From Bacillus subtilis subsp. subtilis str. 168 (GTDB lineage Bacteria; Bacillota; Bacilli; Bacillales; Bacillaceae): DNA of 64,000 bases. The stretch spans positions 930,001 through 994,000 of the forward strand of contig NC_000964.3 in NCBI RefSeq assembly GCF_000009045.1. The letters run 5' to 3'. The notes under the pieces were generated by a model. That model worked only from the letters and a program-made list of their open reading frames with translations, did no database searches and was not told the origin of the DNA. Each line of letters opens with the position of its first letter. The stretch's first letter is position 1. Both the position numbers and the translations under genes were made by a program. Positions 25,655 to 37,228 of the stretch are shown one piece after another.

Positions 25655-25765
25655 AATAGTTACTGGGGGTGCCCGCTTTCGGGCTGAGAGAGAAGGCAAG
25701 CTTCTTAACCCTTTGGACCTGATCTGGTTCGTACCAGCGTGGGGAAGTAGAGGAATTGTTTTTGT
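25655..25765 (+). promoter_or_regulatory. TPP riboswitch (thi box)
   Basis: GGGGTGCCCG...GGGCTGAGAG...ACCCTTTGGACCTGATCTGGTTCGTACCAGCGTGGGGAAG; lies upstream of thiC. Confidence 0.95.
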
Positions 25766-25805
25766 TATTGTCTTGCTGGGCAATAATATGTTTCTTTCTG
25801 ACTGT

Positions 25806-25837
25806 AACCGGGTTCATTTATATGAATCCGGTTTTTT
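25806..25837 (+). terminator. riboswitch-controlled terminator in the thiC leader
   Basis: AACCGGGTTCAT-ttat-ATGAATCCGGTT followed by a T run. Confidence 0.85.
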
Positions 25838-25876
25838 GTGCTGGTTATGGGCTTGATTTTGTCCTTTCAAACGTAG

Positions 25877-27665
<1,789 letters not shown>

Positions 27666-27667
<2 letters not shown>

Positions 27668-27706
27668 AAAAAATGAAGATGGAGAATGCTCCATCTTCAT
27701 TTTTTT
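27666..27706. terminator. bidirectional terminator thiC/ygaK
   Basis: A8-TGAAGATGGAG-aatg-CTCCATCTTCA followed by a T run. Confidence 0.88.
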
Positions 27707-29060
27707 AGAAAAACAGAGAGCGTCGAAGCGGAGGAATACTCTGTTCAAAGCGGAAAACATTTTCTGGATCATATGTCGTTTTGACACGGCGGAGTCGTTC
27801 AACGTTTTCGCCGTAATATGTTCTTGGCCAGTTTCTGATTTCGATATCTGGCCAATTTACGTAGTCTCCCATCGTTTCTTTCGAAAGGGACGTTCTCAGC
27901 CCCTCAATCCAGCGGACATTTTGTCTTTTTTCTCCAGGGGATGTCCAGTTTGTTAAGTATTCCTGGGCGATGATTGCGTCACGATAATAAAATGCCGTTT
28001 GGTCGGGAGCGACCCGTCCGGCTGCCCCGCCGAGTGCTTGCTGCCAGACACTGGCGTTTTGATTCGGAGCGTGCTCTAAAAAGTGTTTTATTGTTGAGAT
28101 CGCACGTTCTGATAATGGCTTTTCAATGAAAGAGCCGGAGCGTTTCATTTTTTGAGGCTGATTGCCTCCCGGGCTGTTAAAAAAGGTTACCGCTTCAATG
28201 AATGGCGTTGTTTTTACCATTCCGCTTGTCGGACTTCCTGCTTTCAATAAAGGCTTTAACAGTTTTTTTAACTCTGTTTTTGGCCCGACAAATTGGCCGA
28301 GGGCTTCTATGCGGTTTACTTCTTTAGGCCAAAACTCTATTGATGATGTAAGCCGGTCATCTGTATACGGGGCCCAGTTCTGCCACGTGTTATATACTTC
28401 CTCAAAATCATCCCATCCCCATGTAATAGAAAAAATCGACACTTGAGAGATGGGCACTGCTTTAAATGTCATGGAGGTGACTATGCCGAAATTGCCTCCT
28501 CCGCCTCCCTGAGACGCCCAAAATAAGTCTGGATGATTTGAACAGCTGACTGTAATCAGATCAGCGCCCTCTTTTTCGTCTGCTACGATCATCTCAAGCT
28601 GCACGAGGCTGTCGCAAGTAAGACCGGCAGCCCTTGTTAAAAGTCCAATTCCCCCTCCGAGAGTTAAACCTGTGAGCCCTACATTAGCAATGGTGCCTGC
28701 GGGAAGCGTCAGGCCGTATTGCCAGAGTGTCCGATAGACTTCTCCCAATTCAGCCCCCGCTTCAATATAGGCCAGCTTTTTATCCTGATTCACAGTTATT
28801 TTTTTCATCTCGCTTAAATCAATAACAAGACCGTTATTTAAAAGGGAAAAGTTCTCATAGCTGTGTCTGCCGCCTCTAATACGGAAAGGCACACGGTTTT
28901 CACGCGCCCATTTCAGCGCATTGAGTGCATCCTGTTTGTTTTGGCAAAACACAATGATGTCAGGATACCTTTCTAAGCTTAGGTTAATATTGGTTCTTGC
29001 TTCGTTATAGTCCGGATCATCCCGTGTCACGATACGTCCGGTCAATTTTGTCTTTTCCAC
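27705..29060 (-). CDS. ygaK: FAD-linked oxidase (berberine-bridge-enzyme-like)
   Basis: 451 aa from a GTG start; RGGRHSYE (covalent FAD His), GLTLGGGIG, GGGGGNFGIVT and C-terminal YVNWPD...DPENVF motifs. Confidence 0.9.
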   Translation of the reverse strand: MEKTKLTGRIVTRDDPDYNEARTNINLSLERYPDIIVFCQNKQDALNALKWARENRVPFRIRGGRHSYENFSLLNNGLVIDLSEMKKITVNQDKKLAYIEAGAELGEVYRTLWQYGLTLPAGTIANVGLTGLTLGGGIGLLTRAAGLTCDSLVQLEMIVADEKEGADLITVSCSNHPDLFWASQGGGGGNFGIVTSMTFKAVPISQVSIFSITWGWDDFEEVYNTWQNWAPYTDDRLTSSIEFWPKEVNRIEALGQFVGPKTELKKLLKPLLKAGSPTSGMVKTTPFIEAVTFFNSPGGNQPQKMKRSGSFIEKPLSERAISTIKHFLEHAPNQNASVWQQALGGAAGRVAPDQTAFYYRDAIIAQEYLTNWTSPGEKRQNVRWIEGLRTSLSKETMGDYVNWPDIEIRNWPRTYYGENVERLRRVKTTYDPENVFRFEQSIPPLRRSLFF

Positions 29061-29170
29061 ACTCCCACATCTCTTTCTCTCGTATTCTAGTTTCTCTAGC
29101 TTATGCGTCAGGGGAAAAGAGTGTATAAGGAAAAAGCGGGGATGCAATCTGATACAGTGTCAACACCCTC

Positions 29171-29288
29171 AAAAAATAGTTGACAGGTCGGTATTGTATG
29201 AATTAACATGGTCAGTACAAATTTTTCAAATTTATCGCGCTGATCGGAACACCGAAGGCTCTTATCGTTTAGATAAGGGCCTTTTTTG
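29171..29288 (+). promoter_or_regulatory. senS promoter and leader attenuator (paralogous to the ssuB leader)
   Basis: TTGACA(29180)-N18-TAACAT(29204); TCGG-aaca-CCGA hairpin; terminator AAGGCTCTTATC/GATAAGGGCCTT plus a T run. Confidence 0.8.
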
Positions 29289-29310
29289 TATGAAAAAGGG
29301 GGGATTATTG

Positions 29311-29508
29311 ATGGGAGTCAAAAAAGAAAAGGGGAGAAAACGATTCAGGAAGCGAAAAACCTACGGGAATCAGATTTTGCCGCTTGAGCTGCTGATTGAA
29401 AAAAACAAACGAGAGATTATAAACAGCGCGGAACTCATGGAAGAAATTTATATGAAGATTGATGAGAAGCATACGCAATGTGTAACTAAATATAAAAAAA
29501 CCCGCTGA
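29311..29508 (+). CDS. senS: small basic regulator of extracellular enzyme genes
   Basis: 65 aa, MGVKKEKGRKRFRKRK...; SD AAAAAGGGGGG. Confidence 0.9.
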   Translation: MGVKKEKGRKRFRKRKTYGNQILPLELLIEKNKREIINSAELMEEIYMKIDEKHTQCVTKYKKTR

Positions 29509-29534
29509 CTACAACGGGTTTTTGCATTTCTCCA

Positions 29535-30986
29535 TTAAGAATCTTTTTTAATCGGCAATCCAAGGCCTTCTGCCACGCGTTTTCCGTATTCAGGATCCGC
29601 TTTGTAGAAGTGCTCGATTTGGCGCAGCTTGATTTCTTCTTTTTCTACCGGCTTCATGGCATTAACGATATTTTCAACAAGGCGGGTACGTTCATCTTCA
29701 CTCATTAAACGATACAGATCGCCGGCTTGAGTGTAGTGATCGTAGTGATCGTAGCTTACGCTGTCAGCGATACCTTGTACCGGATATGCTGCTTGCTTAT
29801 CCTCAGGTGACTCTTTTGGACCGCCGAAGCTGTTAGGCTCGTAATACACAGATCCGCCGCCGTTATCATCAAAACGCATTTGCCCATCACGCTGATAATT
29901 GTTTACTTTGTTGCGTGCGCGGTTGATTGGCAGCGCTTGATGGTTTGCACCGACACGGTAGCGGTGTGCATCATGATAAGCAAAAAGTCGACCTTGAAGC
30001 ATTTTATCCGGTGAAACATCAATACCAGGCACGAGGGTTCCAGGTGAAAATGTCGCTTGTTCTACCTCTGCAAAGTAGTTTTCCGGATTTCTGTCTAGAA
30101 CCATGCGTCCGACCTCGATTAACGGGTAGTCTTTTTGAGACCAAACTTTTGTGACATCAAACGGATCGAAACGGTACGTATTTGCATCTTCTAAAGGCAT
30201 GATTTGCACATATAGTTTCCATGCAGGATAATCACCGTTTTCGATTGCGTTGAAAAGGTCTTCTGTATGGTAATCAGGGTTTTCACCGGCAATTTTTGCT
30301 GCCGTATTGACATCAAGGTTTTTCACGCCTTGTTCTGTTTTAAAGTGATATTTAATCCATACGCCTTCGCCTTCGGCATTTGTCCATTTGAATGTATGGC
30401 TTCCGAAGCCGTGCATGTGGCGAAGTGTCGCAGGAATTCCGCGGTCAGACATCAGGATTGTCACTTGGTGCAGTGACTCTGGTGAAAGTGACCAGAAATC
30501 CCATACAGCCGTAGGGTTTTTCAGGTGTGTTTTTGGATCTCTTTTTTGTGTATGGATGAAATCAGGGAACTTAATCGCATCGCGGATAAAGAATACAGGC
30601 GTATTGTTGCCGACGATGTCGTAGTTTCCTTCTTCAGTATAAAATTTAACAGCAAATCCGCGCGGGTCGCGAACTGTGTCAGCAGAGCCAAGTTCACCGG
30701 CAACTGTTGAGAAACGGATGAACAACGGTGTGCGTTTGCCGACTTCAGAAAGGAAAGCGGCTTTCGTGTATTTTGTTACGTCGTTTGTCACTTCAAAATA
30801 TCCGTGTGCGCCTGCTCCTTTGGCGTGAACAACACGTTCAGGAACACGTTCTCGGTTGAAATGGGCCAATTTTTCGAGTAAATGTACATCTTGAATTAAA
30901 GTTGGTCCGCGAGAACCGGCAGTCATTGAGTTTTGATTATCTCCAACCGGAGCGCCCCAGCTAGTTGTCAGTTTATTTGAACTCAT
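29535..30986 (-). CDS. katA: vegetative monofunctional catalase
   Basis: 483 aa; [13 protein letters not shown] and RLFAYHDAH heme motifs. Confidence 0.98.
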
Positions 30987-31049
30987 GTTATCACCTCTTG
31001 GAATTTATAAGAACATAATATCATCTCTAAGTAAAAAGTCAATATTATT

Positions 31050-31064
31050 TTATAATTATTATAA
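31050..31064. promoter_or_regulatory. perfect Per box upstream of katA
   Basis: TTATAATTATTATAA matches the consensus exactly and sits just upstream of the katA -35 (TTGACT, minus strand 31042-31037). Confidence 0.92.
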
Positions 31065-31227
31065 AATAGTTATCTCTATTAATCGATATATAGTATCGAA
31101 ATTGTTGAAAAACCTTGTTGTAACAGCTTTTTATGACACTTAATAATTTTTGGAGAAATAATTTTTCCTTCTCTATTTGCGAAACAAGCAGAGTAAGTGA
31201 TAAACAAGGATATCAAAAATCGTATTT

Positions 31228-31352
31228 AAAAAAGAGTTGACATATCGGAATAATTTGAATTAACATGTTATTCAAACAAAAAAACAATTGGGCAGCTGAT
31301 CGGACCGCCGAAGGCTCTCATCTCTACAAGAACAGAGATGGGGGCCTTTTTG
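31228..31352 (+). promoter_or_regulatory. ssu operon promoter with a CymR-like motif and leader terminator
   Basis: TTGACA(31237)-N18-TAACAT(31261); ATCGGAATAAT at 31244; 15-bp terminator stem 31311-31349 plus a T run. Confidence 0.8.
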
Positions 31353-31393
31353 TTTTTTTTGAAGGCGGGGTTGGCAGAAAGAGAGGGATAAAA

Positions 31394-32161
31394 GTGGCTG
31401 TGACCATCAGCATCAAAGAAAAGGCATTTGTTCAAGAAGGCCGCAAAAACACGGTCTTAGAAAACATAGAATTATCAATCGCACCAGGCGAATTTCTAAC
31501 GCTTATCGGACCGAGCGGGTGCGGAAAAAGCACCCTGTTAAAGATTATTGCAGGGCTTGATTCTGAATATGACGGGAGTGTGGAAATTAACGGCCGCAGC
31601 GTAACAGCTCCGGGTATTCAGCAAGGATTTATTTTTCAGGAACACCGCCTCTTTCCTTGGCTGACTGTTGAGCAGAATATTGCAGCCGACTTGAATTTGA
31701 AGGACCCAAAAGTCAAACAAAAGGTGGATGAACTGATCGAGATTGTCAGATTGAAAGGATCGGAAAAAGCATATCCGCGCGAGCTGTCAGGCGGCATGTC
31801 ACAAAGAGTAGCCATCGCCCGGGCCCTGCTGCGGGAGCCTGAGGTGCTGCTTTTAGATGAACCGTTTGGTGCACTCGACGCTTTTACAAGAAAACACCTG
31901 CAGGACGTGCTGCTGGATATATGGAGGAAGAAAAAAACAACGATGATTCTCGTGACTCATGATATAGATGAATCTGTTTATTTAGGAAATGAGCTTGCGA
32001 TCCTTAAGGCCAAACCGGGGAAAATCCATAAGCTGATGCCCATTCACCTGGCGTATCCGCGAAACCGGACGACTCCGGATTTCCAAGCGATCAGACAGAG
32101 AGTGCTGTCGGAATTCGAGAAAACAGAAGATTTGGAGTACGCAGAAGGATCAGGGATATAG
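31394..32161 (+). CDS. ssuB: aliphatic sulfonate ABC transporter ATPase
   Basis: 255 aa from a GTG start; [22 protein letters not shown]. Confidence 0.95.
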   Translation: MAVTISIKEKAFVQEGRKNTVLENIELSIAPGEFLTLIGPSGCGKSTLLKIIAGLDSEYDGSVEINGRSVTAPGIQQGFIFQEHRLFPWLTVEQNIAADLNLKDPKVKQKVDELIEIVRLKGSEKAYPRELSGGMSQRVAIARALLREPEVLLLDEPFGALDAFTRKHLQDVLLDIWRKKKTTMILVTHDIDESVYLGNELAILKAKPGKIHKLMPIHLAYPRNRTTPDFQAIRQRVLSEFEKTEDLEYAEGSGI

Positions 32162-32178
32162 AAAGGGCGGAAGCGGAA

Positions 32179-33177
32179 ATGAAAAAAGGACTCATTGTAT
32201 TGGTTGCCGTTATTTTTCTGCTCGCAGGCTGTGGAGCAAATGGAGCCAGCGGTGACCACAAACAATTGAAGGAAATTCGTATTGGTATTCAGCAAAGCTT
32301 AAGCCCCCTTTTGATTGCAAAAGAAAAAGGCTGGTTCGAAGATGCATTTGAAAAAGAAGGCATCAAAGTGAAATGGGTGGAGTTTCAAAGCGGTCCGCCC
32401 CAATTTGAAGGCCTTGCGGCAGACAAACTTGATTTTTCTCAAGTCGGTAATTCGCCTGTGATCGCTGGACAGGCGGCAGGCATTGACTTTAAAGAAATCG
32501 GTTTGTCTCAGGACGGCTTGAAAGCAAACGGCATCCTTGTCAATCAAAACAGCGGCATTCAAGACGTTAAGGGCTTAAAGGGGAAGAAAATTGCAGTCGC
32601 CAAAGGCAGCAGCGGGTTTGATTTTTTGTATAAAGCGCTTGATCAAGTGGGGTTGTCAGCTAACGATGTGACAATTATTCAGCTTCAGCCTGATGAAGCA
32701 GCTTCCGCATTTGAAAACGGATCTGTTGATGCCTGGTCCATTTGGGAGCCGTACTTGTCCTTAGAAACAATGAAACACGGAGCAAAAATCCTTGTGAACG
32801 GAGAAAGCACAGATTTATATTCACCGGGTTTTACTTTAGTAAGAACAAAGTTTTCAGAAGAGCATCCAGACGAAGTGGTCCGTTTTCTGAAGGTGTTTAA
32901 TAAAGCCGTTGTATGGCAAAAGGAACATCTGGATGAAGCAGCGGACTTATATTCTGACATTAAAGATCTCGATAAAAAGGTCGTCGAAAATGTGCTGAAA
33001 AATACTGAGCCACTTAATGAGATCATCAGTGACGACATTGTGAAAGCACAGCAGGAAACAGCAGATTTTCAATTTCGAACAAAGGCGATAGATAAGAAGA
33101 TTGATGTGAAGGATGTTGTCGATAACACTTTTATCAAAAAAGCATTAGAGGAGCATTCCTCAGGAGGTGATCAATGA
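32179..33177 (+). CDS. ssuA: aliphatic sulfonate-binding lipoprotein
   Basis: 332 aa; lipobox LAGC; VDAWSIWEP motif. Confidence 0.95.
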   Translation: MKKGLIVLVAVIFLLAGCGANGASGDHKQLKEIRIGIQQSLSPLLIAKEKGWFEDAFEKEGIKVKWVEFQSGPPQFEGLAADKLDFSQVGNSPVIAGQAAGIDFKEIGLSQDGLKANGILVNQNSGIQDVKGLKGKKIAVAKGSSGFDFLYKALDQVGLSANDVTIIQLQPDEAASAFENGSVDAWSIWEPYLSLETMKHGAKILVNGESTDLYSPGFTLVRTKFSEEHPDEVVRFLKVFNKAVVWQKEHLDEAADLYSDIKDLDKKVVENVLKNTEPLNEIISDDIVKAQQETADFQFRTKAIDKKIDVKDVVDNTFIKKALEEHSSGGDQ

Positions 33178-34004
33178 TGAAAGCAGAGGCTGCGGGCTCG
33201 CTGCCCAAAACGAATGCGGAAGCGGTGCGAAAAAAGCCCGGAAGGAAGAGATACGGCTGGATGAAGGGGCTTTTACTGCCCGCTGTCATCATTGCCATCT
33301 GGCAGGTCATCGGCGGGCTGGGGGTTGTGTCCGCTACAGTGCTGCCTACACCTGTTACGATTGTTCTGACCTTTAAGGAGCTTATTTTGTCCGGCGAACT
33401 GTTCGGCCATCTGCAAATCAGCATTTATCGGGCGGCACTTGGTTTTTTGCTTGGCGCGGGGCTTGGATTGATGATCGGGATTTTGGCCGGATTTTCCAAA
33501 CGGACGGAGCTGTATCTTGATCCGTCGTTGCAAATGCTTAGAACCGTACCTCATCTGGCCGTCACGCCGCTGTTTATTTTATGGTTCGGATTTGACGAAG
33601 TATCTAAAATTTTGCTGATTGCGCTCGGTGCCTTCTTTCCTGTCTATATCAATACGTTTAACGGCATCCGCGGGGTTGACGCGAAGCTGTTTGAAGTCGC
33701 CCGGGTGCTTGAATTTAAATGGCATCAGCAGATATCCAAAGTGATATTGCCGGCAGCCCTGCCCAATATATTGCTAGGCATTCGCTTATCGCTCGGCATT
33801 GCATGGCTCGGGCTCGTTGTGGCAGAGCTGATGGGCTCAAGCTCGGGAGTCGGCTATATGATCATGGATGCGAGACAGTTTTCACAAACGAATAAAGTCT
33901 TTGCAGGGATTATCATTTTTGCAGTGGTTGGAAAGCTGACGGATTCCTTCGTCAGGCTGCTTGAACGAAAGCTGTTAAAGTGGAGAAACAGCTACGAAGG
34001 ATAA
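33174..34004 (+). CDS. ssuC: aliphatic sulfonate ABC permease
   Basis: 276 aa; EAA-like loop, WLGLVVAEL motif. Confidence 0.95.
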   Translation: MMKAEAAGSLPKTNAEAVRKKPGRKRYGWMKGLLLPAVIIAIWQVIGGLGVVSATVLPTPVTIVLTFKELILSGELFGHLQISIYRAALGFLLGAGLGLMIGILAGFSKRTELYLDPSLQMLRTVPHLAVTPLFILWFGFDEVSKILLIALGAFFPVYINTFNGIRGVDAKLFEVARVLEFKWHQQISKVILPAALPNILLGIRLSLGIAWLGLVVAELMGSSSGVGYMIMDARQFSQTNKVFAGIIIFAVVGKLTDSFVRLLERKLLKWRNSYEG

Positions 34005-34026
34005 AAGATATAAAGGGGAGATGAAT

Positions 34027-35157
34027 ATGGAAATTCTTTGGTTTATACCGACTCATGGAGACGCGAGATATTTAGGATCTGAAAGTGATGGACGGACTGC
34101 GGATCATCTTTACTTTAAACAAGTCGCGCAGGCGGCAGACAGGCTGGGATATACAGGAGTTCTTCTGCCAACGGGAAGATCGTGCGAGGACCCGTGGCTT
34201 ACAGCGTCGGCACTGGCAGGAGAAACAAAGGACTTAAAGTTTTTAGTCGCGGTAAGACCTGGTTTAATGCAGCCTTCTCTGGCAGCCAGAATGACATCCA
34301 CCCTAGACCGCATTTCAGACGGCCGGCTGCTGATCAACGTTGTGGCAGGGGGCGATCCGTATGAGCTGGCAGGCGATGGCCTGTTTATCAGCCATGATGA
34401 GCGCTACGAGGCAACAGACGAATTTTTAACCGTTTGGCGGAGACTTTTGCAGGGAGAAACGGTTTCCTATGAAGGAAAGCATATAAAAGTGGAAAACAGC
34501 AATCTGCTTTTCCCGCCGCAGCAAGAGCCGCATCCGCCCATCTATTTCGGTGGTTCGTCACAGGCTGGAATTGAAGCTGCCGCAAAGCATACAGACGTGT
34601 ACTTGACATGGGGTGAGCCGCCTGAACAAGTAAAAGAAAAGATAGAAAGAGTCAAAAAGCAAGCGGCAAAAGAAGGGAGATCCGTTCGATTTGGCATTAG
34701 GCTGCATGTCATTGCCCGTGAAACTGAACAAGAGGCATGGGAAGCGGCAGAGCGCTTGATCAGCCACTTGGATGATGACACCATTGCCAAAGCGCAGGCA
34801 GCTTTGAGCCGTTACGACTCTTCAGGCCAGCAGCGGATGGCCGTCCTTCATCAAGGCGATCGGACGAAGCTTGAAATCAGCCCGAATCTGTGGGCGGGGA
34901 TCGGCCTGGTCAGAGGAGGGGCAGGAACAGCTCTTGTCGGTGATCCGCAGACGATTGCCGACCGGATAGCGGAGTACCAGGCACTCGGCATAGAATCGTT
35001 TATATTCTCCGGCTATCCGCATTTAGAAGAAGCGTATTATTTTGCAGAGCTTGTATTTCCGCTTTTGCCGTTTGAAAATGATCGGACGAGAAAGCTTCAG
35101 AACAAAAGGGGAGAAGCGGTAGGAAACACTTATTTTGTCAAAGAGAAAAATGCATGA
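34027..35157 (+). CDS. ssuD: FMNH2-dependent alkanesulfonate monooxygenase
   Basis: 376 aa; [18 protein letters not shown] and [10 protein letters not shown] motifs. Confidence 0.97.
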   Translation: MEILWFIPTHGDARYLGSESDGRTADHLYFKQVAQAADRLGYTGVLLPTGRSCEDPWLTASALAGETKDLKFLVAVRPGLMQPSLAARMTSTLDRISDGRLLINVVAGGDPYELAGDGLFISHDERYEATDEFLTVWRRLLQGETVSYEGKHIKVENSNLLFPPQQEPHPPIYFGGSSQAGIEAAAKHTDVYLTWGEPPEQVKEKIERVKKQAAKEGRSVRFGIRLHVIARETEQEAWEAAERLISHLDDDTIAKAQAALSRYDSSGQQRMAVLHQGDRTKLEISPNLWAGIGLVRGGAGTALVGDPQTIADRIAEYQALGIESFIFSGYPHLEEAYYFAELVFPLLPFENDRTRKLQNKRGEAVGNTYFVKEKNA

Positions 35158-35218
35158 GTTTAACTAAAATACAGCCCCCCGAACATGGTATGATATTCAA
35201 AAAAAGGGGGCTTTTTTT

Positions 35219-35797
35219 CTGAAAACATTGAGAAGCGCGGCAGTCATTTGCCTCATAGCTATGCTGTCAGCATGCGGACATTCAAAACAGATGGAAATCA
35301 AAGCGGCGGACATATCAGATCTTGAAAAAAACAGAATGGATGTCGCAGCTTCACAGGCATTCACTGCCGAAGCCGTCAATATCGGTGAAGGTATTTCTTC
35401 AGCTGACATGTACATCGAACATTATCAAAAGGGAAAGCTTGTTGAGAGGTTTGGACCGGTTCGTGCAGATTATTCAGAGGAAAAAACTGATACCATACAA
35501 TTTGTTTATTTTGAGAATGAAGAGGGGGAAGGAAAGAATAAACATACCACCATTCATTTTGGCATTGTGGATAAACAGGGAACTATAGCGGCTGATTCAT
35601 CGGTGAAACGCGACGATAGCACAACACAGGAAATGACTCAGAATATTTCATCGCCGGAACCGATTACTTTCGAGAAGCCTGCTTTGATCGGCAGCAGTAT
35701 TAGAGGGACTGACGAGACAATGCACACCTCTGAACATAAAAAAGAGCTCATTAAGCATCAAGATGCGTTACTGTATTATGTGGAATTGCATCATTAG
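35219..35797 (+). CDS. ygaN: putative lipoprotein (start uncertain: CTG 35219, TTG 35228 or ATG 35261)
   Basis: Hydrophobic stretch AAVICLIAM plus lipobox LSA-C; SD AAAGGGGG is 8 nt before the CTG at 35219. Confidence 0.7.
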   Translation: MKTLRSAAVICLIAMLSACGHSKQMEIKAADISDLEKNRMDVAASQAFTAEAVNIGEGISSADMYIEHYQKGKLVERFGPVRADYSEEKTDTIQFVYFENEEGEGKNKHTTIHFGIVDKQGTIAADSSVKRDDSTTQEMTQNISSPEPITFEKPALIGSSIRGTDETMHTSEHKKELIKHQDALLYYVELHH

Positions 35798-35869
35798 AAT
35801 GGGCGGCTTCAGGCCGTCTGTTTTACAAAGCGGTATGCTTGCTTTTTTGAATGGTGAATGATACATTTT

Positions 35870-35890
35870 AAATCGTAACAATTTCGATTT
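35870..35890. promoter_or_regulatory. Zur box
   Basis: AAATCGTAACAATTTCGATTT versus the consensus AAATCGTAATNATTACGATTT, just upstream of rpsNB. Confidence 0.9.
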
Positions 35891-35908
35891 AAAGGGAGGC
35901 TATGTGAC

Positions 35909-36178
35909 TTGGCTAAAAAATCAAAAGTGGCAAAAGAGTTAAAACGCCAACAGCTTGTTGAGCAATACGCTGGTATTAGACGCGAGTTGAAGGAAAAAGG
36001 AGATTACGAGGCACTCAGCAAGCTGCCAAGAGATTCAGCACCGGGAAGGCTTCACAACCGCTGCATGGTAACGGGGCGCCCGAGAGCATATATGAGGAAG
36101 TTTAAAATGTCCAGAATCGCTTTCAGGGAGCTGGCCCATAAAGGCCAGATTCCCGGTGTGAAAAAAGCAAGCTGGTAA
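35909..36178 (+). CDS. rpsNB: zinc-independent ribosomal protein S14 paralogue
   Basis: 89 aa, TTG start; lacks the CxxC zinc ligands; ends [11 protein letters not shown]. Confidence 0.95.
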   Translation: MAKKSKVAKELKRQQLVEQYAGIRRELKEKGDYEALSKLPRDSAPGRLHNRCMVTGRPRAYMRKFKMSRIAFRELAHKGQIPGVKKASW

Positions 36179-36195
36179 GAAAAAACTCCGGCCGA

Positions 36196-36669
36196 TTACA
36201 GCGCGCCGGAGTTTTTTTCGTTTTTCTTGAAAGAGATGACGTAGGAAAGGTGCTGGATGATCATGATGATAAACACAATAATAATAGGGAAAAACGGAAT
36301 GCGCGATTGAAATAGCGGATAAAAAATGAGAAGAACCGCTGCGGCAGGCAGCGAGAAGTAGACAGCGATATATGACGCGCGACATGCTTTTGCCGTCATC
36401 ATCTGCTCTCTTTCATCCTGCTCTTCAAACTCATCAGGCAGAAGTAGCTGCTTTCTGGCAGGGCGGCTTTTTTTCTGTAAGTACAAATAAACCGCAGACG
36501 CCGCAACAAACAGAATAAAGGGAGTGAGGTTTAAATCAAATACCATCCCGCCGCTCTTTGTGCCGAAAAAAGATGCTATGCCTTCTGAGGCTTCAAAGTA
36601 TGAAATCAGCGCCCAGCATGCAAGGCCAAATAAAACAAGGTGAAAAGCTGCTTTTGTTTTCATGCTCAT
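36196..36669 (-). CDS. ygaO: integral membrane protein of unknown function
   Basis: 157 aa with 4 TM segments; coupled to the upstream HTH gene. Confidence 0.8.
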   Translation of the reverse strand: MSMKTKAAFHLVLFGLACWALISYFEASEGIASFFGTKSGGMVFDLNLTPFILFVAASAVYLYLQKKSRPARKQLLLPDEFEEQDEREQMMTAKACRASYIAVYFSLPAAAVLLIFYPLFQSRIPFFPIIIVFIIMIIQHLSYVISFKKNEKNSGAL

Positions 36670-36670
36670 C

Positions 36671-36874
36671 TTAGTTTTCCTCCTCTAACCAAAAGACATC
36701 CTCCATTTTCATGGAGAAGGCTTTGCAGATTTTCAGTGCTAACAGCAGTGAGGGAACATAATCGCCTTTTTCAATCGCTGCCACAGTCTGTCTTGTGACG
36801 CCGACCGTTTCTCCGAGTTTTTCCTGAGAATAGCCGAAGCGTGCCCTCAGCTCTTTTACTTTATTTTTCATCAT
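36671..36874 (-). CDS. ygzD: small XRE/Cro-family HTH regulator
   Basis: About 67 aa; SQEKLGETVGVTRQTVAAIEKGDYVPSL motif. Confidence 0.88.
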   Translation of the reverse strand: MMKNKVKELRARFGYSQEKLGETVGVTRQTVAAIEKGDYVPSLLLALKICKAFSMKMEDVFWLEEEN

Positions 36875-36995
36875 GACGTCTGTCCCCTTCACAATCTCGA
36901 TTGATTATATTGTATAGTATACTTAACATTATGTAAATGGAACTTAACAACTTTACAAAAAGATAACTTTTTTTCGACAAAATTTTTATATTCCC

Positions 36996-37024
36996 TTGAC
37001 GAAAAATAAATAAACATGTAATAT
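36996..37024 (+). promoter_or_regulatory. SigA promoter of the solitary tRNA-Gly
   Basis: TTGACG-N17-TAATAT. Confidence 0.7.
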
Positions 37025-37064
37025 AAAAAAAGTCAGAGCGGTACTGTTGCTGACAATCACAAAT

Positions 37065-37138
37065 GCGGGTGTAGTTTAGTGGTAAAACCTCAGCCTTCCA
37101 AGCTGATGTCGTGAGTTCGATTCTCATCACCCGCTCCA
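37065..37138 (+). tRNA. trnSL-Gly1: tRNA-Gly(TCC)
   Basis: Cloverleaf, loop CTTCCAA, CCA encoded; a long hairpin terminator follows. Confidence 0.95.
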
Positions 37139-37228
37139 TACATACGTTATTAACGCAGTGTTTCGTTTCTCAGATAAACGAAGTATTGCGTTTTTTTATG
37201 TGAAAAAGAACACGGTATTCGTGTTCTT

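Noticed and set aside
29119-29184. 20-codon GTG ORF in the ygaK-senS intergenic region
   Set aside because: The SD is weak, the ORF runs into the senS -35, and the peptide has no notable features.
31265-31393. In-frame N-terminal extensions of ssuB (and of senS from 29194) with similar ADR..EGS peptides
   Set aside because: The start codons lie in or upstream of the -10 elements and lack an SD, and the frames cross the leader terminators. The peptide similarity only reflects the shared DNA module.
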